A stretch of DNA of 64,000 nucleotides from contig OZ240219.1 of the NCBI GenBank assembly GCA_965197645.1, positions 2,592,001 to 2,656,000 of the forward strand. Direction: 5' to 3'. Under the pieces are notes generated by a model. The model was not told the origin of the DNA, ran no database searches, and worked only from the letters and a program-made list of their open reading frames with translations. This document shows positions 56,314 to 64,000 of this stretch, in pieces (positions within the stretch are counted from its first letter, which is position 1; each line of letters starts with the position of its first letter). Both the position numbers and the translations under genes were made by a program. This DNA is from Dehalococcoidia bacterium. Its GTDB lineage: Bacteria > Chloroflexota > Dehalococcoidia > Plut-88900.

Positions 56314-57633
56314 TTAGGAGTGAGAGTAGAAGCGCGCCTTGAGGGAGGTCTGCAGCTCGGCGCGAAAGTCCGGGTGCGCGATCGACACCAGCGCTTCGGC
56401 CCGTTCCTTCAGCGACCGGCCCAGCAGTTTGGCCACGCCGTGTTCCGTGACCACGTAGTCGGCCAGGGTGCGGGGTATCGTAACCGTGGAGCCCTCTCTC
56501 AACATGTGCACTATCCGGGATTCGGACGCGTCAGTATTCGTCGAACGGAGAGCGGTAATGGAACGTCCGCCCTTGGACATCAGTGCGCCGATGACGAACT
56601 CGGGCTGTCCGCCAGGCCCATTGATGGGCACGAGCTCAGGGTTGTTTTCGACGTTTATCTGCCCCGTCAGGTCCACGGATGCCGCGCCATTTATGGCGAC
56701 CATATTATCGTGGGCGGCTATCACCTTGATGTCGTTGGTGTAGTCTACGTCCTTGACGTGGATGAGCGGGTTGTCTACGGCCAGCTCCATATCCTTGCCG
56801 GCGCCGTTCAACGAGGTCACGACAGCTATGCCCGGGTTCAGGGTCTTGCGCTTGCCGTTGATAACCCCTGCTTGCACAAGCTGGGGTATGCCCGGAGCCG
56901 TGATCTCGGCGTGGATGCCCAGTTCCAGCTTATCGTCGAATACCCCCATGGCGGGCAGGGACATGGCCACGTTGCTCCAGCCGATCTGGATCGTATCCCC
57001 ATGATCTATCAGGCTGCCGATGTGGTGGCCCATCCGACGGCCTATGTCGTCCGGTTCAGGCACGGAATAGTAGGGTTCGGGTTCGGCAGGCGTGTTCTCG
57101 ACAAAGCAGTCGATCTTGCCGACGTGCACCCGGTTATCCCCGCAGGTGCGGATGTGCCGAGCGTTCACCTCGGCAAGGACAATACGAGACCAATCGATGT
57201 ATGCTCGCTTGTTCCAGAGGCTATGACCGAAGCTGCAGTATCCCTCCTCGTCGGGAGGAGAAACCGAGACCAGGTAGACGTCGGGGCGGGCCCATTCCCG
57301 CTCCCGCTGGGCCTTGAGGCTGAGGGTGAAGAGGAAGGGAACGAACTCGGCGCGGTTGTCGTGAAGTATGTCCCGGAACTCGCTGCGAAAAGTGTTCTGG
57401 ACCTTGATCCGAAAGTAGGGTCTCATTCCGGGTTCGAACCAGCCCTGGTCGAGGCCGGGGCCGGAGTACTCAACGGTGACGTTCTCAATCTCGCCGGCGC
57501 GGGCCTGGAGCATGGTGACGAGAAGGGGCGGTTCGTCGGAGTAGGCCACGTGGACTGTGTGGCCGGACCTGACCACAGACACCGCTTCTTCGGCGGAGAC
57601 CAGTCGAGCTGTATACGTATCCCTCCAGCTCAT
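56314..57633 (-). CDS. acetyl-CoA hydrolase / 4-hydroxybutyrate CoA-transferase family protein
   Basis: SPPDEEGYCSFG, GDTIQIG, HAE, GPGGQ, VVTEHGVA, AHPDFR. Confidence 0.9.
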   Translation of the reverse strand: MSWRDTYTARLVSAEEAVSVVRSGHTVHVAYSDEPPLLVTMLQARAGEIENVTVEYSGPGLDQGWFEPGMRPYFRIKVQNTFRSEFRDILHDNRAEFVPFLFTLSLKAQREREWARPDVYLVSVSPPDEEGYCSFGHSLWNKRAYIDWSRIVLAEVNARHIRTCGDNRVHVGKIDCFVENTPAEPEPYYSVPEPDDIGRRMGHHIGSLIDHGDTIQIGWSNVAMSLPAMGVFDDKLELGIHAEITAPGIPQLVQAGVINGKRKTLNPGIAVVTSLNGAGKDMELAVDNPLIHVKDVDYTNDIKVIAAHDNMVAINGAASVDLTGQINVENNPELVPINGPGGQPEFVIGALMSKGGRSITALRSTNTDASESRIVHMLREGSTVTIPRTLADYVVTEHGVAKLLGRSLKERAEALVSIAHPDFRAELQTSLKARFYSHS

Positions 57634-57672
57634 GGAAACAGGATACGGGCCGGTTGGGGCGAAGGCAACCGG

Positions 57673-58830
57673 TTAGGTCACGGGTGAGCCGACGGCCAGC
57701 TTATCTCGAATGGCCCCAAGAAGATGGTCGAAGCACCAGCCTTTTTTGGCGGAGATGGTGACCATGTCATCGGGCATCCGTAGCTGAGGCAACAACCCCA
57801 GACCGTCGATTTCTCCGTTGGCCGACTTGCCATCGCTGCCGGAAAGGAGATCGATCTTGTTCAGTGCGGTGAGAGCCGGCTTGCCCGACAGTCCCAACTC
57901 GTTCAGGACTCCTTCCACCTCCTCCACCTGCTCGGGGGCGTTGGGGTGGTTCACGTCCACGACGTGAACGAGGAGGTCGGCGTCAGACAGCTCCTCCAGC
58001 GTGGCCCTGAAGGCAGCTACCAGAATGGGCGGCAGCTTCTGGATGAAGCCAACGGTATCGGTCAGGAGAACGTCGACGCCGTCCGCCAGGTGGAGCCGCC
58101 GTGTAACCGGGTCCAGGGTAGCGAAGAGCTTGTCTTCGGCCCGGACGCTGGCACTGGTGAGACGGTTTAGAAGGGTGCTCTTACCGGAGTTGGTGTACCC
58201 GACCAAGGCCACCACCAGCACCCCACGCCGCTTTCTATCGCTGCGGTACAGGGCACGATGGGTCCTGATCTCCTCGATCTGTCCCTTGAGGCGGTGGACC
58301 TTGTTCCTGATCAGTCGCCTGTCGGTCTCCAGCTGGGACTCGCCGGGGCCCCGGGTGCCGATGCCCCCACCCAGCCGCTCCAGGTGGCTCCATTGACCGG
58401 CCAGTCTAGGCAGCAGGTACTCGTGCTGCGCCAGCTCGACCTGGAGCTTTCCCTCACGGGTCTGGGCCCTTTGTGCGAACACGTCGAGGATGAGGGCCGT
58501 ACGGTCGATGATCTTCACCTTCAACCGGTCCTCTAGCGCCCTCTGCTGGGAGGGTGAAAGCTCGTCGTCGGCGATGACTACATCGAAGTGGAGGGAGCCC
58601 TTGAGATCCTTCAACTCCTGGAGTTTGCCCTTGCCCAGATAGGTCGGGCTGCTCCTGGGGAGCCGCTGCGTCAGCGAGCCGACCACTTCGGCGTTGGCGC
58701 TGCGAGCCAGCTGGGCCAGCTCTTCCAGCGAGTCTTCCATGCTCCAGGACGTCCTTTCACCCTTGACGCCGGCGCCTATCAGGAACGCCTGCTCGGGTGT
58801 CGGGTAGGTTGCCTTGGTAGATCGGCTGAT
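57673..58830 (-). CDS. hflX: GTPase HflX (probable non-canonical ATC start)
   Basis: [53 protein letters not shown]; the frame extends to ATC 58830 after AGGAG. Confidence 0.95.
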   Translation of the reverse strand: MSRSTKATYPTPEQAFLIGAGVKGERTSWSMEDSLEELAQLARSANAEVVGSLTQRLPRSSPTYLGKGKLQELKDLKGSLHFDVVIADDELSPSQQRALEDRLKVKIIDRTALILDVFAQRAQTREGKLQVELAQHEYLLPRLAGQWSHLERLGGGIGTRGPGESQLETDRRLIRNKVHRLKGQIEEIRTHRALYRSDRKRRGVLVVALVGYTNSGKSTLLNRLTSASVRAEDKLFATLDPVTRRLHLADGVDVLLTDTVGFIQKLPPILVAAFRATLEELSDADLLVHVVDVNHPNAPEQVEEVEGVLNELGLSGKPALTALNKIDLLSGSDGKSANGEIDGLGLLPQLRMPDDMVTISAKKGWCFDHLLGAIRDKLAVGSPVT

Positions 58831-58873
58831 GGATCTCTCCTGGTTAATGAAGGTTGCCAGGTGAAAGAGATTG

Positions 58874-60034
58874 CTATGACGATACGGACGCTATTCGCTC
58901 CAGGGCCTCGTCTATCCGGTCGTCGGGCACGGTGAGGGACAGGCGTATATAGCCTTCGCCCTGGTCTCCGTAACCGAGGCCCGGGGTCACCACCACCGAT
59001 ACCTCGTCCAGCAGCTTGGCGGCGTAGTCGGCCGAGGTGTATCCCTCGGGGACCCTAGCCCACAGGTAGAAGCTGGCCTTGGGCGGCTGCACTCTCAGTC
59101 CCAGCTTGGCCAGGCCGGCAACCAGCCGGTCCCGGCGGTTCTGATAGATGGCTGCGTTTTCGGCCACACAGTCCTGGGGCCCTTCCAGCGCCTCTATGGC
59201 CGCGTACTGGATCGCTTGGGGGATCCCCGAGTCCAGGTTCGACTTGACCACGGTTAGTGCCCGGATAAGGTCGGCGTTGCCGACGGCCATCGCGATGCGC
59301 CATCCCGTCATATTGTAGGTCTTGGAGAAGGAGTGGAACTCTATCCCCACGTCCTTTGCTCCGTCCGCCTCCAGGAAGCTGGTGGGCCTATAGCCGTCGA
59401 AGGCCATCTCGCTGTAGGGGGCATCGTTGCAGACGGCCAGATCGTACTTGCGGGCGAACTCGGCCACCCTGTTGTAGAAGTCCAGGCCGGCCACGGCGCC
59501 GGTGGGATTGTTGGGATAGTTGATCCAGAGGACTCTTGCCCTGCTCAAAATGTCGGCTGGTATGTCGTCCAGCTCTGGAAGAAAGCCGTTCTCTTCCCGC
59601 AGTGGAACGGGGTAGGAGTCGCCGCCGGCAAAGAGAGTGCCCATGCTGTACACCGGGTAGGCGGGGTCCGGGACGAGAGCGATGTCGCCCTGGTCTATGA
59701 GACACAGCGCCACGTGGCCGATGCCCTCCTTGGAGCCGATCAGAGGCACCACCTCACTGTTGGGGTCCAGGTCGACGCCAAATCTGTCGCCGTACCACTT
59801 CGCTATCGCCGCCCTGAGCTCCGGGAGACCGTCGGATTCCGGGTAGCGATGGTTGGCCGGCACCGCGCTTTCCCGGACCATTCGATCGAGGATGTGGGTT
59901 GGGGTGGGCAGGTCCGGATCGCCGATGGCGAAGCTTATCACGTCCTCGCCCTGGGACTTCTTCTCGGCGATCTTGCGGCTGATCTCAACGAAGAGGTAAG
60001 GCGGCACCGCTTCTATACGACTGGCTAGTCTCAT
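58874..60034 (-). CDS. dapL: LL-diaminopimelate aminotransferase
   Basis: [35 protein letters not shown]; adjacent to dapF. Confidence 0.9.
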   Translation of the reverse strand: MRLASRIEAVPPYLFVEISRKIAEKKSQGEDVISFAIGDPDLPTPTHILDRMVRESAVPANHRYPESDGLPELRAAIAKWYGDRFGVDLDPNSEVVPLIGSKEGIGHVALCLIDQGDIALVPDPAYPVYSMGTLFAGGDSYPVPLREENGFLPELDDIPADILSRARVLWINYPNNPTGAVAGLDFYNRVAEFARKYDLAVCNDAPYSEMAFDGYRPTSFLEADGAKDVGIEFHSFSKTYNMTGWRIAMAVGNADLIRALTVVKSNLDSGIPQAIQYAAIEALEGPQDCVAENAAIYQNRRDRLVAGLAKLGLRVQPPKASFYLWARVPEGYTSADYAAKLLDEVSVVVTPGLGYGDQGEGYIRLSLTVPDDRIDEALERIASVSS

Positions 60035-60066
60035 TCAATCCCCCTGTTCAATGGCAGATAAATCGA

Positions 60067-60906
60067 TTAGCCGTCCCACTCCCCGTTGAAGACGTACTCT
60101 GCCGGTCCGGACATGAAGATCTCTCCCTCTCCGTCCCACTCGATCTCGAGGACGCCTCCGGGCAAGGCGACATCCACCGGGCTGTTGGTGGCATCGTGCA
60201 AACGGGCCGCTATCCCTACGGCGCAAGCCCCCGTGCCGCAGGCCAGCGTCTCGCCCACGCCCCGTTCCCACACCCTAACAACCACCCGGGTCCGATCGAT
60301 GACGTTGACGATCTCGAAGTTGACCCGTTGGGGAAAGAAGGGGTGGTGTTCCACCTTCGGGCCTAGTTCGTGGAGGGGGTATTCGTCCACCGGCGTATCG
60401 ATGAAAGAGACAGCGTGAGGATTGCCCACGGAAACACAGGTCACCTTAACTTCCGTGCCATCCACGTCAAGCGTGTGGTCCATCACCGGTCCGGGCCCAT
60501 TCAGCGCGACCGGGACCTGTTCAGGCTTTAGCCTGGGCACGCCCATGGAGGCGCGTACTGAGTTTACAGTGCCGTTATGTCGAGTGACGCTCACTTTACC
60601 CACGGCGCCCAGGGTCTCAATCATCAGCTCGGCGGTCTGCGGAGGAGCTATGTCCTGCTCCACGAGGTACTTGGTGAACATGCGGATGCCGTTGCCGCAG
60701 GCTTCGGCCTCGGAGCCGTCCGGGTTGAATATCTGCATCCTATAGTCGGCGACGGAAGAGGGCCGGATCAGCAGAATGCCGTCGGAGCCGACACCGAAGT
60801 GCCTGTCGCACATGGCCAAAGCCAGCTTGGGCCAGTCCTCGTCCATCTCCCGCGCATCTATCAGGATGTAGTCGTTTCCGATCCCGTGCATCTTTGTGAA
60901 CTTCAT
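60067..60906 (-). CDS. dapF: diaminopimelate epimerase
   Basis: FTKMHGIGNDY, EACGNGIR, GNPH, ERGVGETLACGTG. Confidence 0.97.
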   Translation of the reverse strand: MKFTKMHGIGNDYILIDAREMDEDWPKLALAMCDRHFGVGSDGILLIRPSSVADYRMQIFNPDGSEAEACGNGIRMFTKYLVEQDIAPPQTAELMIETLGAVGKVSVTRHNGTVNSVRASMGVPRLKPEQVPVALNGPGPVMDHTLDVDGTEVKVTCVSVGNPHAVSFIDTPVDEYPLHELGPKVEHHPFFPQRVNFEIVNVIDRTRVVVRVWERGVGETLACGTGACAVGIAARLHDATNSPVDVALPGGVLEIEWDGEGEIFMSGPAEYVFNGEWDG

Positions 60907-61862
60907 TTGCCGGCCTCGACCTTTGATCCTGTCGACGCTGCCTCGGAGCTGAGGAAGCTCTCGACTTCCCTCACGGCTTCCCGCTTATAGTCCTTCGATA
61001 TATCGAACCAGTGAATCCTGGTATCGTCGGTCTTGAACCAGGCCCCCTGATGCCTGGCCAAGCGATGGGTCTCATACTTAGTCCTCTGCGCCGCCTCCTC
61101 CAACGAGGTGTCACCCTGAATGTAAGCGCCTATCTGTTTATACCCCACACTTGACATGGCTGGCAAGTCGAGGGCGTAACCCCTGTCCAGGAGCGCCCGC
61201 ACCTCCTCTACGAGACCGCTCTCTATCATCCGGTCTACCCTGCGGTCGATTCTCTCATATAGAAGCTGGCGATCTCCACCGAGGCCAAGGACCAGGAAGG
61301 GGAAGCCCGGCGCTTCCTTGCTAATCAGCTTCGAGAACGGGACGCCGGACTTGATGCACACTTCCAGGGCCCTGATGGTGCGACGGACGTTCCTGGGGTC
61401 GATCCGATCGGCGGCTTCCGGGTCTCTCTCCCTGAGCCTCTGGTGCAGGGCATGCGAGCCCTTATCCTTCGCTTCCCGCTCCAGCTCATCTCGCAGTTTC
61501 TGATCGGGTGGAACATTGGGAATCCGGAGGCCCTCGAGGAGGCCCCAGATATAGAGGCCGCTGCCACCAACGAGAATAGGTGTCTTTCCGCTATCGAATA
61601 TGTCCTCTATAGCCTCGGTTGCCCGCTCCAGATAGATAGCGAGGTTGAAGTCCTGGTCCGGGTCTACTACATCTATGAGGTGGTGAGGAGCATGGGCAAG
61701 CTCGTCGCTGGTGGGCTTGGCAGTGCCGATGTCCATGTACCGATACACCTGGCGGCTATCGGCGTTGACTATCTCGCCATCCACCGCCTCGGCCAGCTCC
61801 AGGGAAAGCCTGGTCTTGCCGGTGGCCGTAGGCCCGACTACAGCGATCAGGCCCCGGGTCAC
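60903..61862 (-). CDS. miaA: tRNA dimethylallyltransferase
   Basis: GPTATGKT, ADSRQVY..MDIGTAKP, VGGSGLY, RALEV. Confidence 0.97.
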   Translation of the reverse strand: MTRGLIAVVGPTATGKTRLSLELAEAVDGEIVNADSRQVYRYMDIGTAKPTSDELAHAPHHLIDVVDPDQDFNLAIYLERATEAIEDIFDSGKTPILVGGSGLYIWGLLEGLRIPNVPPDQKLRDELEREAKDKGSHALHQRLRERDPEAADRIDPRNVRRTIRALEVCIKSGVPFSKLISKEAPGFPFLVLGLGGDRQLLYERIDRRVDRMIESGLVEEVRALLDRGYALDLPAMSSVGYKQIGAYIQGDTSLEEAAQRTKYETHRLARHQGAWFKTDDTRIHWFDISKDYKREAVREVESFLSSEAASTGSKVEAGK

Positions 61863-62623
61863 AGGCCCAGCCCGGATTGTGCCGCAACTTGGACGATCCT
61901 GGTGAACTGGTCGGCTTTCAGGCTGGCGCCTCCGACCAGGGCTCCGTCTATCTCCGCCATCTTCATGAAACTGCCGATGTTGTCGGCGTTGACGCTGCCG
62001 CCGTAGAGGATGCGGGTCTCGTCGGCGGCCTGCTTGCCGGCGATCTGGGCCAGGGTATCCCGGACCAGCTCAATGGTGGAGCTTGCATCCGACTCGGTCG
62101 CCGCCACTCCTGTGCCGATGGCCCACACCGGCTCGTAAGCGACGACAAGGCCGGCCTGCTCTTCCACGTCCCTCAAGCCATTTCGAGTTTGACTGACGAG
62201 GACCTCTTCCGTCTGGCCCGATTCTCGCTGGTCCAATGTCTCGCCGATGCAGAGTATGGGAAGGAGATTGCTGTTCCGAGCCGCTTTGACCTTCAGGTTG
62301 ATGAGTCGATCATCTTCACCAAACACGTGTCTTCGCTCCGAATGGCCCAGGATGACGTATTCGCAGAGTCCTTGAAGCATGAGAGGCGATATCTCTCCCG
62401 TGAAAGCGCCCTTGTCCTCGTTGTGCATGTTCTGGGCGCCCACCTTCAGGGACGAGCCATGGACGGCATCGTGGACGGCCACCAGGGAGATAGAGGGAGG
62501 GCATAGCAGCTTTTCCACAGCGCCGATCCCGTCGAGAGTCTCCACCAGCGTCCGGGCCAGGTCCCGCGCCTCCGCCACGGTGGTGTTCATCTTCCAGTTG
62601 CCGGCGACCAGGGGGAGTCTCAT
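61859..62623 (-). CDS. tpiA: triose-phosphate isomerase
   Basis: AGNWKMN, GHSERR, AYEPVWAIGTG, YGGSV, LVGGASL. Confidence 0.98.
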   Translation of the reverse strand: MRLPLVAGNWKMNTTVAEARDLARTLVETLDGIGAVEKLLCPPSISLVAVHDAVHGSSLKVGAQNMHNEDKGAFTGEISPLMLQGLCEYVILGHSERRHVFGEDDRLINLKVKAARNSNLLPILCIGETLDQRESGQTEEVLVSQTRNGLRDVEEQAGLVVAYEPVWAIGTGVAATESDASSTIELVRDTLAQIAGKQAADETRILYGGSVNADNIGSFMKMAEIDGALVGGASLKADQFTRIVQVAAQSGLGL

Positions 62624-62635
62624 GCCCTACAGCCT

Positions 62636-63841
62636 CTAGGCTCCGTACTTTGCCAGCTTTTCGGCGTAGGCCAGCACCGAGGGCATGATCTCTGTGGCGG
62701 GGAATCGGCCCAGGATGCCCCGGGAGCACGAGCGCTCGGTAAACTCGGCAGCGTCATCCCTCCTACCCCAGCGGGACCGTAGAAGGAATGGTACGGGATG
62801 CCAGCTATGAGCGGCGAAGGTTGCGGGAGTGGAGTGGTCGCCGGCCACCACTAACACTTCGGGCTGGAGGTCTATGAGCCGGGGCAGGCACCTGTCCAAC
62901 TCCTCCAATGCGTGCACTTTGGTCTCGAAATCGCCGTCTTCGCCGGCGGTATCGGCCCCCTTGAAATGAATGTAGAAGAAATCGTGGTCGTCGTAGCGTT
63001 CTATCAGCGTCTCCACCTCGTCCTGAAAGGTGGCGCCGGTCTCCAGCACCTCCATGCCCAGCAGCCTAGCGATGCCCCGGTACATGGGGTATGTGGCGAT
63101 GGCCGCAGGCGTCAGCTTGTACACCTGGGACATCGAGGGCAGGTCCGGGCGTTTCGAAAAACCCCTCAGCATGATCATGTTGGCGGTGCTTCGACCGTCG
63201 AGGGCCTCCCGGCACATCTCCACGAACCAGTTAACGGCGATGGCGGTGTGCTGGGCGTCGGGATTCAGCGCCCGTACCGGCAGCGGCGAAGAGGCCCTCA
63301 TCTGCGGGTCCGTTTCGGTGATATCTTCGCTGAGGCCTTCGCCGTGAAACACCACGGCGAAGCGATGGTCTCTTACGGCGTGAACCTCGACTCCGACGCC
63401 CTCCACCTGGATCTTGTCCAACTCCCTGCAGATAAGCCGGCTCTCCTCCGTAGGTATCCTTCCGGCGCGACGGTCTATGATCACGCCGTCCCCATCTACC
63501 GTGCAGAAGTTGCCCCGAGCCGCCAGATCGTTCTCGCCGAGGTCCAGTCCTATTCCCGTCGCCTCCAGCACCCCTCGTTTGACCAGGTACTGGACCGGGT
63601 CGTACCCAAAGAGTGCCAGGTGGCCGGGGCCGCTGCCCGGTGTGATTCCAGGCGCCACGGGGTCGGTCAGGCCGCACATCGCCTGGGACGCCAGACTGTC
63701 CAGGTTCGGGGTGTGGGCCGTCTCCAGCTCCGACTTGCCGGTGTCGGGATGGGGCAGACCGCCCAGACCATCGATCACCAGGAAGACGATCTTGGACGGC
63801 GTCGGGTGGGCCACTTGGGCTATCAGGTCCTGACGGGACAT
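62636..63841 (-). CDS. apgM: 2,3-bisphosphoglycerate-independent phosphoglycerate mutase (ApgM type)
   Basis: DGLGG, PGSGPGHLALFGYD, DRRAGRI, GDHSTP, HSWHPVP; lies between pgk and tpiA. Confidence 0.93.
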   Translation of the reverse strand: MSRQDLIAQVAHPTPSKIVFLVIDGLGGLPHPDTGKSELETAHTPNLDSLASQAMCGLTDPVAPGITPGSGPGHLALFGYDPVQYLVKRGVLEATGIGLDLGENDLAARGNFCTVDGDGVIIDRRAGRIPTEESRLICRELDKIQVEGVGVEVHAVRDHRFAVVFHGEGLSEDITETDPQMRASSPLPVRALNPDAQHTAIAVNWFVEMCREALDGRSTANMIMLRGFSKRPDLPSMSQVYKLTPAAIATYPMYRGIARLLGMEVLETGATFQDEVETLIERYDDHDFFYIHFKGADTAGEDGDFETKVHALEELDRCLPRLIDLQPEVLVVAGDHSTPATFAAHSWHPVPFLLRSRWGRRDDAAEFTERSCSRGILGRFPATEIMPSVLAYAEKLAKYGA

Positions 63842-63850
63842 CTCTGCTAC

Positions 63851-64000
63851 CTATACTTCCTCTTTATCTTGAAGGGCGGCCACTCCCGGGAGCGTCTTGC
63901 CTTCCACAAACTCCAGGGATGCGCCTCCCCCGGTGGAAACGTGGTCCATCTCGCCGGCGAGGCTCAGGTTGATCACCGCCTCGGCTGTAGAGCCTCCACC
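63851..64000 (-). CDS. pgk: phosphoglycerate kinase, C-terminal fragment (cut by the window edge)
   Basis: Manual translation GGGSTAEA...[24 protein letters not shown]. Confidence 0.95.
   Translation of the reverse strand, partial: GGGSTAEAVINLSLAGEMDHVSTGGGASLEFVEGKTLPGVAALQDKEEV

Overview
GC-rich (roughly 60-65%, judged by eye) bacterial chromosome segment, most likely Chloroflexota class Dehalococcoidia (SAR202-like). This is inferred from the paralog-rich catabolic content (LLM flavin oxidoreductases, class III CoA-transferases, amidohydrolases, acyl-CoA carboxyltransferases), the pgk-apgM-tpiA-miaA-dapF-dapL-hflX operon and GC-rich intergenic repeats. Positions 1-37 kb are mostly accessory catabolic genes. 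37-54 kb holds envelope and other genes: a DUF3179 lipoprotein, SppA, an LppX/LprG + P55-like MFS pair, a plsY - CysRS::GT2-fusion - apgM-paralog operon, an AmiS/UreI-like channel behind a long structured leader, and a CysL-type LysR-meaB unit divergent from a PhnD-type ('selenate') ABC transporter. 54-64 kb ends in housekeeping genes. Main observations: (1) a cysteinyl-tRNA synthetase fused to a glycosyltransferase-like domain with no DxD motif, in a lipid-synthesis/export neighbourhood; (2) a 28-bp dif-like Xer site at 48815-48842 surrounded by lone XerD-like half-sites; (3) two unassigned structured leader RNAs; (4) an apparent ATC start for hflX; (5) several MITE/REP-like repeat families. 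I saw no tRNA, rRNA, CRISPR array or transposase. All calls come from manual motif recognition; no searches were run.
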